Of a stretch of DNA of 64,000 nucleotides, positions 47,101-57,226 are shown piece after piece. This stretch comes from Candidatus Omnitrophota bacterium (lineage in GTDB: Bacteria > Omnitrophota > Gorgyraeia > Gygaellales > Profunditerraquicolaceae). A program made the position numbers and the translations under genes. The stretch is taken from positions 170,041 to 234,040 of the forward strand of contig JAKLGJ010000001.1 of the NCBI GenBank assembly GCA_022710715.1, given 5' to 3'. Every line of letters begins with the position of its first letter. Positions within the stretch are counted from its first letter, which is position 1. The notes under the pieces are model-generated. The model made no database searches. It had not been told where the DNA came from and worked only from the letters and a program-made list of their open reading frames with translations.

Positions 47101-47569
47101 CGAAGAATTCCGCAATTATTTCCGCCTGTTGTTCAACGGCGGCGACGCGCAGGTGTATTTGATCGACGAGAACGATCCTCTGGAGACCGGGATCGAGATC
47201 ATCTGTCGTCCTCCGGGGAAGAAGCTGCAGAACGTGCTTTTGCTTTCCGGCGGCGAGAAATCCATGTCCGCTATCGCGCTGATATTCGCCATCTTCAAAG
47301 TGAAGCCCGCGCCGTTCTGCATCCTTGACGAGATCGACGCAGCGCTCGATGAAGCGAACGTCGACCGGTTCGGCAGGATGCTGCAGGATTTCTCCCAGAC
47401 TTCGCAATTCATCGTCATCACCCACAACAAGCGCACCATCTCCAATGCGGACGTGATGTACGGCATCACCATGCAGGAGTCGGGAGTGTCCAAGATCGTA
47501 TCGGTTAAGTTTTCGGATCGCAAACAGCAGGAGCCGCAGCAGCAGGCTGAAGCGGCGGTGGCAGCTTAG
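44186..47569 (+). CDS. smc: Chromosome segregation protein SMC
   Basis: Walker A GPNGCGKSN at the N-terminus, long coiled coils, hinge, and C-terminal LSGGEKS signature plus Walker B ILDEIDAALD. Confidence 0.9.
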   Translation: MYFKKLEIVGFKSFMEKTALNFEPGITAVVGPNGCGKSNIFDSIRWVLGEQSAKSLRGTAMEDVIFNGTDTKPALGMAEVSLSFDNSAKFFPVDGDEVTITRRLFRSGESEYLLNRAQVRLKDIQDILLGTGIGAESYSIIAQGKIDLVLSSKPEERRAVFDEASGITKYKAQKREALRRLEETDNNLLRINDIITEVKRSIGYLERQANKARRYQVVFEDLKKKEIQLAVIQKNALVSEKQKFIIGMDNLKSEEEALHRKIQEQESSLNQRNEELRSFEEKLNQVKADIVNLENLIQRNTQHIQFNHERIKELEGSKKYVEGQILQTRERLVQDQEKLSRLQEEQQYIRRNIDEKTVALQQSESELHALVESIRAATESIAHAKKTILDVVTRVAQRKNEFTDLTSKHQVLLSRKKRLELEKAKVFDEKSQFEVNLHQLAADLLQLESEFQQTGQKLSATKEESDRVNKDLAELNAQLSEEERRLMSLQSQKEFLERLRNQYEDITESMNARIHLDKLPSEKITGLVVKINQHPELPADMTGQNVQDFQFLGEAKPIDLSAELVAEKIKKVEEQIAVLKFNKATKEQHLQELSAGISGLTDQLQAQEVALSNKRTVHHTVVEQFNKISEEEQIILLELSEVESELKTQEDNLQMTQRQIADLEQEHRNLETSIHDAQESINANAKVKEQVLVAVAQVKTELDNLNKRMAAEEADIQSLADACRQDEAEIADMEERLKDTSRKQEALATEIADLEARTVGTRQEISEKSAQFDAGQEEYRQLSAALEAVTRAIDEERKTYDTLKDKLYEMQMQEKDLDFKYQSIKQRLMQSYKIDLDSSVPLDVLAPAPVVAASAPAEAAPAQIEPAPVESTPVEPAPTGEVPPAPDILAQTLALDPQMLSDEIQRLREKVSSYGTVNLVAIEEYDELKKRYDFLTQQQNDLLTGKTALTDAIQKINRTTRKMFMETFEKVREEFRNYFRLLFNGGDAQVYLIDENDPLETGIEIICRPPGKKLQNVLLLSGGEKSMSAIALIFAIFKVKPAPFCILDEIDAALDEANVDRFGRMLQDFSQTSQFIVITHNKRTISNADVMYGITMQESGVSKIVSVKFSDRKQQEPQQQAEAAVAA

Positions 47570-47604
47570 GCGGATTAAAGGTAGGGAGAGGAACACATCC
47601 CGGA

Positions 47605-47648
47605 ACAAACGGGGATGCTTTTCACAAGCATCCCCGTTATCTTTTAAC
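47605..47648. terminator. Bidirectional rho-independent terminator between convergent smc and GGDEF genes
   Basis: ACGGGGATGCTT-TTCAC-AAGCATCCCCGT with T-runs on both sides. Confidence 0.55.
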
Positions 47649-47675
47649 CGGCTCCCGCGCGGGAAATGCAGCGGG

Positions 47676-48857
47676 TTATCCGCAGGTCTGGTTTTTGCCT
47701 TTTTGTTTCGCTTCGTAGAGGGCTTTATCCGCGTAGGCGATCAATTCCGCCGGGCTGGCGCCGTTTTCGGGAAAGGTAGCCAGGCCCAGACTGACGCTTA
47801 AGGTTTTGCCGGCGAATTCCTCTTTTTTGAAGAAAGTCTGTTTGAGCACGTTCTCCCGGAAGCGTTCGGCGATATGATAGGCTTCTTTTTTGTCGGTATA
47901 GGGCAGGATGATCGCGAATTCTTCTCCGCCGTAACGGCAGACGTAATCCATTTTGCGCGACTGGTTCTTCAACAGGATGGCGATTTCTTTCAAGATCCGG
48001 TCGCCCTGCTGGTGTCCCAGCGTATCGTTGTACAGTTTGAAATCGTCAATATCCACCATGATCAGGCTTAAAGGATTCGATACCGCGCGGGCGCGTTCGA
48101 GTTCCACTCCCAGTAAATACTGGAAGTAACCGTGATTCCAGAGTTCGGTCAATGAATCCAGATGCGCCCGGATGACCGTTTTTTCGTATAACTGCGAATT
48201 TTCGATAGCCAGACCGGCCTGGTTGGCCAGCATGATCAGCATGCGCAGGTCGTCTTTGCTGATGGGTTTTTTAGTGATGAAGTTGTCGGCAACGATGATG
48301 CCGTTGACTTTATCCTTGGCTTTGAGCGGCACGATGACCAGTTCTTCCGCTTTGAGCATCTTGATGATGGGATCGTGATTGTAGTTCTGGATGGTTTCCC
48401 GGGTCAAGTGCAGGGGCATGCCTTCCAGCCCGACCAGAGAGAAGAGGTTGTCTTTCTGTTCTTCCAGGGAGATCTTGAAACGCTGCACCTGGCGGTTGAA
48501 CCCGGATTCTTCCATGTGGCGGGAGACCTTATAAGCGTTGATGAGGTCGTCCATGTCCATTTTTTCCTGTTCCACATATTTCCAGACCCGGTTTGCTTCA
48601 TCGCCGGTTTCAGGGCCGATGGCCATCTTTCCTTCAACGATGTTCTCCTTATCGTTGACCAGAAAAAGCATGGCACGGTTGAACCCCAGGCCCATATGCG
48701 CAGTAACCCCGGTGAGGATGATATACAGGATCTCATCCAGTTTAAGGGTGGTGCGCATGGCATTGGAGATCTCATACAGGATGGCGAGCTCGGATTTTGT
48801 GCGTTCGAGCTCTTGTTTGATGCTGGAAAGGTCTTCCATACCCTTAAAATGTAGCAT
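47676..48857 (-). CDS. GAF-domain diguanylate cyclase (GGDEF)
   Basis: C-terminal RYGGEEF with surrounding GGDEF-domain motifs; N-terminal GAF-like domain. Confidence 0.85.
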   Translation of the reverse strand: MLHFKGMEDLSSIKQELERTKSELAILYEISNAMRTTLKLDEILYIILTGVTAHMGLGFNRAMLFLVNDKENIVEGKMAIGPETGDEANRVWKYVEQEKMDMDDLINAYKVSRHMEESGFNRQVQRFKISLEEQKDNLFSLVGLEGMPLHLTRETIQNYNHDPIIKMLKAEELVIVPLKAKDKVNGIIVADNFITKKPISKDDLRMLIMLANQAGLAIENSQLYEKTVIRAHLDSLTELWNHGYFQYLLGVELERARAVSNPLSLIMVDIDDFKLYNDTLGHQQGDRILKEIAILLKNQSRKMDYVCRYGGEEFAIILPYTDKKEAYHIAERFRENVLKQTFFKKEEFAGKTLSVSLGLATFPENGASPAELIAYADKALYEAKQKGKNQTCG

Positions 48858-49053
48858 ATTTCTCCTGCAGTGTCAACCTTTTGCGTGTGGCCTGAAAAAA
48901 AACCGGTTAGATTTCGCCTGCCGGAGCGTCTATTAAAACAGGCGGGAGTTTGACCGTCGTTTATCCATGGATTGTGTTTGACAGAGAGGAGGTGGTGGGA
49001 TATAATAATTGTCTGCATTCGCTCACTTTTTAGAGTCCACAATGGAGGAAACC

Positions 49054-50112
49054 ATGTCAGTTGAGAAGAAAGACGCTAAAGACGTAAAGGAAACCAAAGA
49101 GGTAAAAGAGAGCAAGGAAACCGGCGGCGGTTCAGAGCGACAGAAAGCCCTGGAGCTGGCGCTGGCGCATATCGAGAAGCAGTTCGGCAAAGGTTCGATC
49201 ATGAAGCTGGGGGGGAAAGTTAAAGTGGACGTGGATGTGATCCCCAGCGGTTCGATCACGCTGGATTACGCTCTCGGTGTGGGCGGTTTCCCCCGCGGCA
49301 GGGTGATCGAGATCTTCGGGCCGGAAGCGTCGGGTAAAACCACGCTGACGTTGACCGCGATACGCGAGATCCAGAAAAAAGGCGGCGTGGCCGCGTTTAT
49401 CGATGCGGAACACGCGTTCGATCCTACCTATGCCAAGAAGATCGGGCTCAACCTGGACGATCTGCTGATTTCCCAGCCGGATACCGGCGAACAGGCTCTG
49501 GAGATCGCGGAAACCCTGGTGCGTTCTAACGCGGTAGATCTGATCGTGATCGATTCCGTCGCGGCTTTGACTCCGCGCGCCGAGATCGAAGGCGAGATGG
49601 GCGATTCGCACGTCGGTTTGCAGGCGCGGTTGATGTCTCAAGCGCTGCGTAAACTGACCGGCGCGATCAGCAAATCGCGCTCCAGCATTATTTTCATCAA
49701 CCAGTTGCGAGAGAAGATCGGGATCATGTTCGGTAATCCCGAAACCACTCCCGGCGGCCGGGCGTTGAAATTCTACGCTTCGGTGCGGCTGGACGTGCGC
49801 CGCATCGCTTCTCTGAAGAACGGGGAAGAGGTTATCGGCGGACATGTGCGGGTGAAAGTGGTCAAGAACAAGGTCGCGCCGCCGTTCCGTCAGGCGGAAT
49901 TCGATATTCTGCATGACGAGGGCATCAGCAAGGCCGGTAGCGTGGTCGACGCCGGCGTCAATCTGGAAGTGTTGCAGAAATCCGGCACCTGGATCGCTTT
50001 TAACGGCGAGAAGATCGGTCAGGGCCGCGATGCCGCGATCAAGACGTTGAAGGAGAAACCGAAGCTTCAGGATGACATCGAAAAAGAGATCCGCAAGAAA
50101 TTCAGCGTGTAA
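49054..50112 (+). CDS. recA: Recombinase RecA (with a K/E-rich N-terminal extension of about 25 aa)
   Basis: [19 protein letters not shown], Walker [11 protein letters not shown]1/L2 loops. SD GGAGGA upstream of ATG 49054; the ORF track starts at 49009. Confidence 0.9.
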   Translation: MSVEKKDAKDVKETKEVKESKETGGGSERQKALELALAHIEKQFGKGSIMKLGGKVKVDVDVIPSGSITLDYALGVGGFPRGRVIEIFGPEASGKTTLTLTAIREIQKKGGVAAFIDAEHAFDPTYAKKIGLNLDDLLISQPDTGEQALEIAETLVRSNAVDLIVIDSVAALTPRAEIEGEMGDSHVGLQARLMSQALRKLTGAISKSRSSIIFINQLREKIGIMFGNPETTPGGRALKFYASVRLDVRRIASLKNGEEVIGGHVRVKVVKNKVAPPFRQAEFDILHDEGISKAGSVVDAGVNLEVLQKSGTWIAFNGEKIGQGRDAAIKTLKEKPKLQDDIEKEIRKKFSV

Positions 50113-50145
50113 GGATTAACCTGTGCGCATAAAGGAGAGGAGACT

Positions 50146-51657
50146 ATGAAACTCAAAACCTTTCTGGTAGGAAGCAGCGTGTTGATGTTTGGCGTATGCA
50201 TCGGTCTGGTCGTGTCCTTGAAAATGAGCGCGGTCACCACAGCGCAGAGCCAGTCCGTCAAGACGGCAGCGATTGCCGCCGGATCCGTCAACGGGTTCGA
50301 TATGGAAGATGCGGTGATCAACGTGGCGGAAACCACCGGTAAGGCCGTGGTTTCCATTACCGCCGAGCATATTACCAAAGTCGGCGGCAGGCAGTTTACC
50401 TACCGCGGGCCCAGCGGCGAGCAGGAAGAATTGTTCCGGCGTTTCTTTGACGAGTTCTTCGGCGAGATGCCGGAACGCGAATACCGGCAGGTCGGCGTGG
50501 GTTCCGGGGTGATCATCGATTCGCAGGGTTTCATCCTGACCAACCAGCACGTCGTTGCCGGCGCAGATAAACTTTCGGTGACGTTGCCTGACGGCAGGCA
50601 GTTCACCGCGGAATTGAAAGGGCAGGACGCGCGGTCAGACCTGGCGGTGATCAAGATAAACGCCAGGAATCTGCCGGTTGCTCAACTGGGTGATTCCGAT
50701 ACGCTGCGTATCGGCCAGTGGGTGATCGCCATCGGCAATCCTTTCGGCATATCCGTGCAGAATGCCGAGCCGACCGTGACCACCGGAGTGGTCAGCGCTT
50801 TGCATCGCACCCTGGGGCGGACCCTGGGCCGCGGCCGGGATTATAACGATTTGATCCAGACCGACGCCGCGATCAATCCGGGCAATTCCGGAGGGCCGCT
50901 GGTCAATCTGAAAGGGGAGATTATCGGGATCAACGTGGCGATATTTTCCACTTCCGGCGGTTATCAGGGCGTGGGTTTTGCTATTCCCGCCAACAGTGCC
51001 AAGCGGATTGTCGGGGCGCTTCTGGCGGGGAAGAAAGTCCAGTATGGCTGGCTGGGCGTGACCATCCAGGAACTCAATGACGATATGGCCGGGTATTTCG
51101 GTCTTAAGGATAAGCTGGGCGTCCTGGTCGCCAATGTGGTCAAGGACGGTCCGGCAGCCAGATCCGGGATCAAGGCCAGCGATGTGATCGTTTCATTCGA
51201 CGGCAAACCGACCGCGGACGTTAAAGCGCTCTTGAGCATCGTCGGGCAGGCGGAAGTCGGCAGGAAAGTCAAAGTCCAGTTGATCCGCGATAAGAAGCCG
51301 ATGACCCTGGAGGTCGAAGTAGGGCAGCGGCCCGATGACGTGGAAGGGGAAAATATCGAACAGGCTCCCGCCGCGCCGGCTCCCAATTGGCGCGGGATCA
51401 AAGCGGAAGACCTGTCCGCGCAGACTATGCAGCGGTTCGAAATCCAGGAAAAGACCGCCGGTGTCATTGTGACGGAAGTCGAGACCCGCAGTCCTGCGGA
51501 TGAAGCGGGCATCCTTCCCGGCGATATTATTGTCGAGGTTAACCGTCAGCCCGTCGGGTCCATGGATGATTATCGTAAAATCACCAAAAGCGCGCGCGGC
51601 GACGTGTTAGTCCGGACAGAGCGGGGTTTCTTCCTTGTCAAAGAAAGCAGCCAGTAA
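50146..51657 (+). CDS. htrA: Periplasmic serine endoprotease DegP/HtrA family (trypsin domain + 2 PDZ)
   Basis: Signal/TM N-terminus, catalytic triad context (TNQHVV, D, GNSGGPL), two PDZ domains. Confidence 0.85.
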   Translation: MKLKTFLVGSSVLMFGVCIGLVVSLKMSAVTTAQSQSVKTAAIAAGSVNGFDMEDAVINVAETTGKAVVSITAEHITKVGGRQFTYRGPSGEQEELFRRFFDEFFGEMPEREYRQVGVGSGVIIDSQGFILTNQHVVAGADKLSVTLPDGRQFTAELKGQDARSDLAVIKINARNLPVAQLGDSDTLRIGQWVIAIGNPFGISVQNAEPTVTTGVVSALHRTLGRTLGRGRDYNDLIQTDAAINPGNSGGPLVNLKGEIIGINVAIFSTSGGYQGVGFAIPANSAKRIVGALLAGKKVQYGWLGVTIQELNDDMAGYFGLKDKLGVLVANVVKDGPAARSGIKASDVIVSFDGKPTADVKALLSIVGQAEVGRKVKVQLIRDKKPMTLEVEVGQRPDDVEGENIEQAPAAPAPNWRGIKAEDLSAQTMQRFEIQEKTAGVIVTEVETRSPADEAGILPGDIIVEVNRQPVGSMDDYRKITKSARGDVLVRTERGFFLVKESSQ

Positions 51658-52135
51658 TCTTTCCCGGGAGGATACGCTCGCGGCCAGGGAGTACGCTTTT
51701 CTGCTCTTGAAATTCAGGCCGCGCACCGAACACGAACTGGTCGTGCGCTTGCGCAAAAAGAAGTTCAGCGAAGCGCTTATCCAGGAAACCATCGTTTTTT
51801 TGAAAGAGAAGAAGTTTATTGACGACGCCTTATTTGCCTCTTCGTGGCTGGAAAGCCGGCTGCGTAAACCCTACGGCTTGCGCCGGGTGACCCGGGAATT
51901 GCAGGTTAAAGGGATCAAGGCAAACCTCATTGCCAGCTCCGTTGATAACATTAAAGAAAACTATCAAGAAGACAAGATTGTCCGCGAACTCGCCGAGCAG
52001 AAACTCGCATCTCTGCGGGGCCTGGAGCCGCGCGCGGTAAAACAGCGGCTTTACGGTTATCTGGTCCGCCGGGGATTCTCCAGCGACGTGATCGTGGATA
52101 TCGTCAACCAAGTGATCAAAGATGATGACAGCTGA
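51635..52135 (+). CDS. recX: Regulatory protein RecX (start uncertain; TTG at 51635)
   Basis: AFLLLKFRPRTEHELVVRLRKKKFSEALIQETIVFLKEKKFIDDALFA three-repeat RecX architecture. Confidence 0.7.
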   Translation: MSKKAASNLSREDTLAAREYAFLLLKFRPRTEHELVVRLRKKKFSEALIQETIVFLKEKKFIDDALFASSWLESRLRKPYGLRRVTRELQVKGIKANLIASSVDNIKENYQEDKIVRELAEQKLASLRGLEPRAVKQRLYGYLVRRGFSSDVIVDIVNQVIKDDDS

Positions 52136-54743
52136 TTCAATACGCGAAAGTTACCTGCAGTTTTTCAAGTCCAAAGGCCATAAGATCGTAGAGAGCGATT
52201 CTCTGGTTCCCAAGGAAGACCCCACGGTTTTGTTTACCCCTGCCGGGATGAACCAGTTCAAGAAACAGTTCCTGGGCGTGATCACGGATTTCACCCGCGC
52301 TACCAGTTCGCAGCGCTGCTTGCGCACCGACGACCTGGATAAAGTGGGTAAGACCGACTGCCATCATACGTATTTCGAGATGCTGGGGAATTTCTCCTTC
52401 GGGGATTATTTCAAGAAAGAGGCGATTGCCTGGGCCTGGGAATTCCTCACGGAAGTCCTCAAGATCAGCCCGGAAAAACTCTGGGTTTCGGTATATCTCG
52501 ACGATGACGAAGCCTACACCATCTGGAAGAACGAGATCAAGATCCCGGAGCGCAAGATCGTGCGCCTGGGCGATCATGACAATTTCTGGCCGGCGGACGC
52601 CAAGCAGAACGGCCCGAACGGTCCCTGCGGCCCCTGCTCGGAGATTTTTTTCGACCTGGGCCCGACAGTCGGTTGCGGCAATGCGGATTGCAATCCCGGA
52701 TGCAGTTGCAGCCGGTTTATCGAGGTCTGGAACCTGGTCTTTACCCAGTTCAACCGCAAGGACGGCGGGGTCCTGGAACCGCTGCCGCAGAAGAACATCG
52801 ACACCGGCATGGGGCTGGAGCGGATCACCGCGGTGATGCAGGGGGTCAGGAGCAATTTTCAGACTGATTTGTTCCTGCCGATCATCAAGGAGATACAGGC
52901 GCATGCCGTACCGAGTGCAGGATCGAATCAGGATTATTACGCGATTGCCGATCATCTGCGTGCCGTAGTTTTTTCCATCTACGACGGCGTGCTGCCCTCG
53001 AATGAGTCCCGCGGCTACGTGATCAGGAAGCTGATCCGTAAAAGCGTGTTGCATCTACGTGCGCTGGGTATCAAGAAAGCCTTTTTTTACAAGCTCGTGC
53101 CGGTATTGGCCGAGGTAATGAAGCAACCCAATCCCGATCTCGTTCGGCACAGGGAGAACATTTCGGACATGATTCTTTCGGAGGAAAATAATTTCATTCA
53201 GATTTTGGACTCCAGCGAATCCCTGCTGGAAGGCGAATTTGGAGGTCCCCGTGAGCAGCAGCTATTAACGCCTGAAGAAACGGGAATGAAAGCCTTCAAA
53301 TTATATGATACTCACGGTCTGCCTTTGATCATTATCCAGAAATGGCTTCAAGACAGGCATATCGGTTTTTCGCAGCAAACTTTTGATGCTGAAATGAACC
53401 TGCAGAAAGAGCGCTCCAAGTCCCAGAGCGCGATGCAGGGAGATGTCTTCAGCCTGAAAGAAGCGCAGCTCAAAAACGTTGCCGCCACGGCGTTCGTAGG
53501 GTACGATACTACCGAAGCGGAAATCGAGATCATCAAGATACTCAAAGACGGCCGGGAAGTCGAAGAGATCAAAGCCGGCGATGAGGCGAAGCTGATTTTA
53601 AATAAATCTTCTTTCTACGCCGAATCCGGCGGGCAGGTCGGGGATACCGGAGTGATCGCCGCCTGCAACGGTGTATTTGAAGTGACCGACACCCAGAAAT
53701 TCGAGAAAGTCATTTTACATATCGGAAAGGTCAAAGAAGGCAGTATCAAGGTCTATAATAACGGCAAGGCCAAAGTCGATGCCCCGCGCCGCCTGTCGAT
53801 CGACAGGAACCATACTGCCACCCATTTGCTGCAGGCAGCCTTGCGCCGGGTTTTGGGCGCGCATATCCAGCAGCAGGGTTCATCGGTTACCGCCGAAGGG
53901 TTCAGATTCGATTTTACGCATTTCAAAGATATCAAAAAAGATGAGCTTGACCGGATCGAGGAACTGGTCAACGGTTTTGTCATCGCCAATCATCCGGTGC
54001 GCAAGAAAGAGATGTCTCTGTCGGAGGCGAAAGCGGCGGGCGCGCTGGCATTCTTCGCCGAGAAATACGAAGATAACGTGCGGGTGGTCACTGTGGAAGG
54101 CGTTTCCCAGGAACTCTGCGGCGGCACGCATCTGGATAGCACCGGTTCGATCGGCTTGTTCATGATCGCCGGCGAGAGTTCAGTGGCCAGCGGCGTGCGC
54201 AGGATCGAAGCCTGCACCGGAACGGCGGCCTACCGCCTGGTCAAGGAGCAGGAGAGTGTGCTCTCCGCGGTCAGCCAGTCGCTCAAGGCGCCTGCGGACA
54301 AGGTCCCGGCGGAACTGGAGAAAAAGCTCAAATATATCAAGGATCTGGAAAAACAAGTCAGCGCCCAAAGGGTCAGCGCCGTGGCTGCCAGCGTGGACGG
54401 ATGGATCAAAGAAGCCGAGGAGATTAAGGGAGTCAAGGTAATCTGCCAGTTAATCAAAGACGCGGACATGGATCTTTTGCGTAAAGTTTCTGACCTGCTG
54501 CGTCAGAAGCAGCCGGCAGCGGTATTCTGTCTGGGAGCCGGCAAAGAGGGATCGGCCGCATTGGTCGTTGCCACCGGAGCGCATCTGGATGCTTCTGCTT
54601 TGGTAAAGCAGTTGGCGGCGGAGATAGGCGGCAGCGGCGGGGGGAGAAAAGATTTTGCTCAAGCCGGCGGGACCAGGCCGGAACAGCTGGACCGGGCTTT
54701 TGAGATGTTCAAACAATCAGTCGGTCAAGCATTAAGGAAGTAG
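52122..54743 (+). CDS. alaS: Alanine--tRNA ligase
   Basis: Class II aaRS motifs with the editing domain (HxxxH...CxxxH) and C-terminal DHHA1-like region; 873 aa. Confidence 0.9.
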   Translation: MMTADSIRESYLQFFKSKGHKIVESDSLVPKEDPTVLFTPAGMNQFKKQFLGVITDFTRATSSQRCLRTDDLDKVGKTDCHHTYFEMLGNFSFGDYFKKEAIAWAWEFLTEVLKISPEKLWVSVYLDDDEAYTIWKNEIKIPERKIVRLGDHDNFWPADAKQNGPNGPCGPCSEIFFDLGPTVGCGNADCNPGCSCSRFIEVWNLVFTQFNRKDGGVLEPLPQKNIDTGMGLERITAVMQGVRSNFQTDLFLPIIKEIQAHAVPSAGSNQDYYAIADHLRAVVFSIYDGVLPSNESRGYVIRKLIRKSVLHLRALGIKKAFFYKLVPVLAEVMKQPNPDLVRHRENISDMILSEENNFIQILDSSESLLEGEFGGPREQQLLTPEETGMKAFKLYDTHGLPLIIIQKWLQDRHIGFSQQTFDAEMNLQKERSKSQSAMQGDVFSLKEAQLKNVAATAFVGYDTTEAEIEIIKILKDGREVEEIKAGDEAKLILNKSSFYAESGGQVGDTGVIAACNGVFEVTDTQKFEKVILHIGKVKEGSIKVYNNGKAKVDAPRRLSIDRNHTATHLLQAALRRVLGAHIQQQGSSVTAEGFRFDFTHFKDIKKDELDRIEELVNGFVIANHPVRKKEMSLSEAKAAGALAFFAEKYEDNVRVVTVEGVSQELCGGTHLDSTGSIGLFMIAGESSVASGVRRIEACTGTAAYRLVKEQESVLSAVSQSLKAPADKVPAELEKKLKYIKDLEKQVSAQRVSAVAASVDGWIKEAEEIKGVKVICQLIKDADMDLLRKVSDLLRQKQPAAVFCLGAGKEGSAALVVATGAHLDASALVKQLAAEIGGSGGGRKDFAQAGGTRPEQLDRAFEMFKQSVGQALRK

Positions 54744-54747
54744 AGAG

Positions 54748-55974
54748 ATGAAGATCATTTTATCCAGCAGCATCAGGCTGCAGCACATTTATTCCCGGGG
54801 GATCGGACCTTCTCATCGCGTCGAGGACCGGGTCAAGCAGATACTCAACGATGTCCGGCAGCTGGGTGATGACGCGGTGCTCAAGTATACCCGTAAGTTC
54901 GACGGCGTCAAAATGACTCCCCGCCAGCTCAAAGTATCGGAGATCGAGATCAGCGGCGCGTATCAGAATATCACGCCGAATTTCGTCTCCAGTCTGAAAG
55001 TGATTATCAATAACGTCACCCGTTTTTATCAGCGCACCCTGAAAAAATCCTGGCGGCTCAAAGGACAGGACGGGCTGGTCCTGGGAGAGAACTATCACCC
55101 CATCGACAGCGTGGGCGTGTATATTCCCGCCGGAACAGCGCCGCTGGTTTCTACGGTGTACATGACCGTGCTGCCGGCAAAGATCGCCGGGGTCAAGAAG
55201 ATCGTTCTGATCAGCCCGCCGAACAAAATGGGACTGATCAATCCGCATATCCTGGTCATCGCCGATTTGTTGAAAGTGGACGAGATTTACCGGGTCGGAG
55301 GCGCGCAGGGCATCGGGGCTCTGGCCTACGGCACCAAGATCATCCCGAAGGTCGACAAGATCGTCGGACCGGGGAATATGTACGTTTCCGAGGCCAAACG
55401 CCAGGTTTTCGGCGTGGTGGATATCGACATGATCGCCGGGCCGACGGAACTGGTGGTCATCGCCAACCGGTTCAGCAATCCGGAGTATATCATCGCCGAC
55501 CTCAAGGCCCAGGGCGAACATGCCGGCGGCCTGGCCATATTGATCACTAATTCCAAAAAGCTCGCCCGGCAGATCAAGTCGCAGGTGTCCAGCGTTAACG
55601 GTTCGATCATCGTGACCAAGAATCTCGATGAGGCCGTGGATATCTCCAATAAGATCGCGCCTGAACATCTGGAAATCCTGGTGAACAACCCGCAGCGGCT
55701 GCTCAAGGGGATCCGTAACGCCGGCGCGGTATTCCTGGGACCGTACAGTCCGACTGCGGTGGGCGATTATGTCGCCGGCCCCAGCCATGTGCTGCCCACC
55801 AACGGCACGGCGCGGTTCTTCTCCGGGCTGTCGGTATGCGATTTCATCAAGAGCAATCATATCATCGGGTATTCCCGCAAGGCTCTGGAAAATGTCCGCG
55901 AGCCTCTGGAAAAAATAGCCGGGATCGAGGGGTTGTGCCAGCACCTGGAATCGGTCAAAGTACGGTTTAAATAA
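54748..55974 (+). CDS. hisD: Histidinol dehydrogenase
   Basis: Full-length HisD pattern (AGPSE, HLE..). Confidence 0.85.
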   Translation: MKIILSSSIRLQHIYSRGIGPSHRVEDRVKQILNDVRQLGDDAVLKYTRKFDGVKMTPRQLKVSEIEISGAYQNITPNFVSSLKVIINNVTRFYQRTLKKSWRLKGQDGLVLGENYHPIDSVGVYIPAGTAPLVSTVYMTVLPAKIAGVKKIVLISPPNKMGLINPHILVIADLLKVDEIYRVGGAQGIGALAYGTKIIPKVDKIVGPGNMYVSEAKRQVFGVVDIDMIAGPTELVVIANRFSNPEYIIADLKAQGEHAGGLAILITNSKKLARQIKSQVSSVNGSIIVTKNLDEAVDISNKIAPEHLEILVNNPQRLLKGIRNAGAVFLGPYSPTAVGDYVAGPSHVLPTNGTARFFSGLSVCDFIKSNHIIGYSRKALENVREPLEKIAGIEGLCQHLESVKVRFK

Positions 55975-55985
55975 CGGAGAGAAGG

Positions 55986-56597
55986 ATGAAAAAAAGGACT
56001 GCTGCGGTCAAGCGCGCCACCCGGGAAACGGATATCACCGTCAAACTGAACGTCGACGGAAGCGGAAAATCCAGGATCAAGACCGGCATCGGTTTCCTGG
56101 ATCATATGCTCGAGCTTTTTGCTTTCTGGGGATTCTTCGATCTGGAGATCTCTACCGGCACATGCGACCTGAAAGTGGATATCCATCACACCAACGAGGA
56201 TATCGGCATTGTTCTGGGCCAGGCTTTCAAGAAGGCGCTGGGAGACAAAAAAGGGATCCGGCGTTTCGGCTTTGCCGGCGTGCCGATGGAAGAGGTGGTG
56301 GGCAAGGCCGTCCTGGATATCAACGGCCGGGGATTCCTGGATATCAAAACTACCGGCATTCCCGTCGGCAGGATTATTCCTTCGGAAGGGTACCGGTTCG
56401 AATACGCCGAACATTTCTTCGACGGATTGGCCAAGCATCTGGGAATGAATTTGAATATCCGGATAGAGAACGCCAACCGGGATCTGCACGCGGCCCTGGA
56501 GCCGGTTTTCAAAGCGCTGGGTCTGGCTCTGGACCAGGCCACGCAGATCGACCCGCGCCGCAAAGGCGTGCCGTCTACCAAAGGCGTGATCGATTAA
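55986..56597 (+). CDS. hisB: Imidazoleglycerol-phosphate dehydratase
   Basis: TRETDITVKLNVDGSG...GIGFLDHML...HHTNED. Confidence 0.9.
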   Translation: MKKRTAAVKRATRETDITVKLNVDGSGKSRIKTGIGFLDHMLELFAFWGFFDLEISTGTCDLKVDIHHTNEDIGIVLGQAFKKALGDKKGIRRFGFAGVPMEEVVGKAVLDINGRGFLDIKTTGIPVGRIIPSEGYRFEYAEHFFDGLAKHLGMNLNIRIENANRDLHAALEPVFKALGLALDQATQIDPRRKGVPSTKGVID

Positions 56598-56600
56598 ACT

Positions 56601-57218
56601 ATGAGCAGGATCGCTATCGTTGATTACGGGATGGGCAATATCCACAGCGTGCGCAAGGCATTGGAAGCGCAGGGCGGCGATATCTTTGTCAGCAACGATC
56701 CGGCCCTGATCGCGCAAGCCGACAAGGTGGTATTGCCCGGCGTGGGCGCTTTCGGCGACGCGATGGAGGAGCTGGAACGCCAGAATCTGGTTTCCGTGCT
56801 GATCGAGCATATCCTGGCCGGGAAAGTATTCCTGGGGATCTGCCTGGGCATGCATCTGCTTTTTGACTCCAGCGAGGAATCTCTGGGCGTCAAAGGACTG
56901 GGCATTCTCAAAGGGCAGGTAAAGAAATTCGATCCGCGGCACAACCTGAAAGTTCCGCACATGGGCTGGAATCAGATCAAGCTGCGCAAGCCCGAGTGCC
57001 CGCTGTTCAAGACGCTGCCGCAGCATCCCGCGGTGTATTTCTGCCATTCGTTCTATCCCGAGGTCAGGGACAGGGAGATCATCGCCGCCTCGACGGAATA
57101 CGGCACGGACTTCGCTTCGATCATCTGGCGCGGCAATGTTTTCGCCATGCAGTTTCACCCGGAAAAAAGCCAGGGCGTGGGTTTGAAGATCGTAGAGAAT
57201 TTTGTGAAGATGCTCTAG
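56601..57218 (+). CDS. hisH: Imidazole glycerol phosphate synthase, glutamine amidotransferase subunit
   Basis: IAIVDYGMGNIHSV...GICLGMH...HPEKS (Cys-His-Glu triad). Confidence 0.9.
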   Translation: MSRIAIVDYGMGNIHSVRKALEAQGGDIFVSNDPALIAQADKVVLPGVGAFGDAMEELERQNLVSVLIEHILAGKVFLGICLGMHLLFDSSEESLGVKGLGILKGQVKKFDPRHNLKVPHMGWNQIKLRKPECPLFKTLPQHPAVYFCHSFYPEVRDREIIAASTEYGTDFASIIWRGNVFAMQFHPEKSQGVGLKIVENFVKML

Positions 57219-57226
57219 GGGTACGT

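Noticed and set aside
46604-47608. 334-aa minus-strand ORF and other antisense ORFs within smc (45422-45787, 46207-46644)
   Set aside because: Antisense to SMC coiled-coil coding sequence; low-complexity Arg/Leu-rich translations.
54760-57158. Two long minus-strand ORFs (394 aa and 433 aa)
   Set aside because: Antisense to hisD, hisB and hisH, which have unambiguous sense-strand translations.
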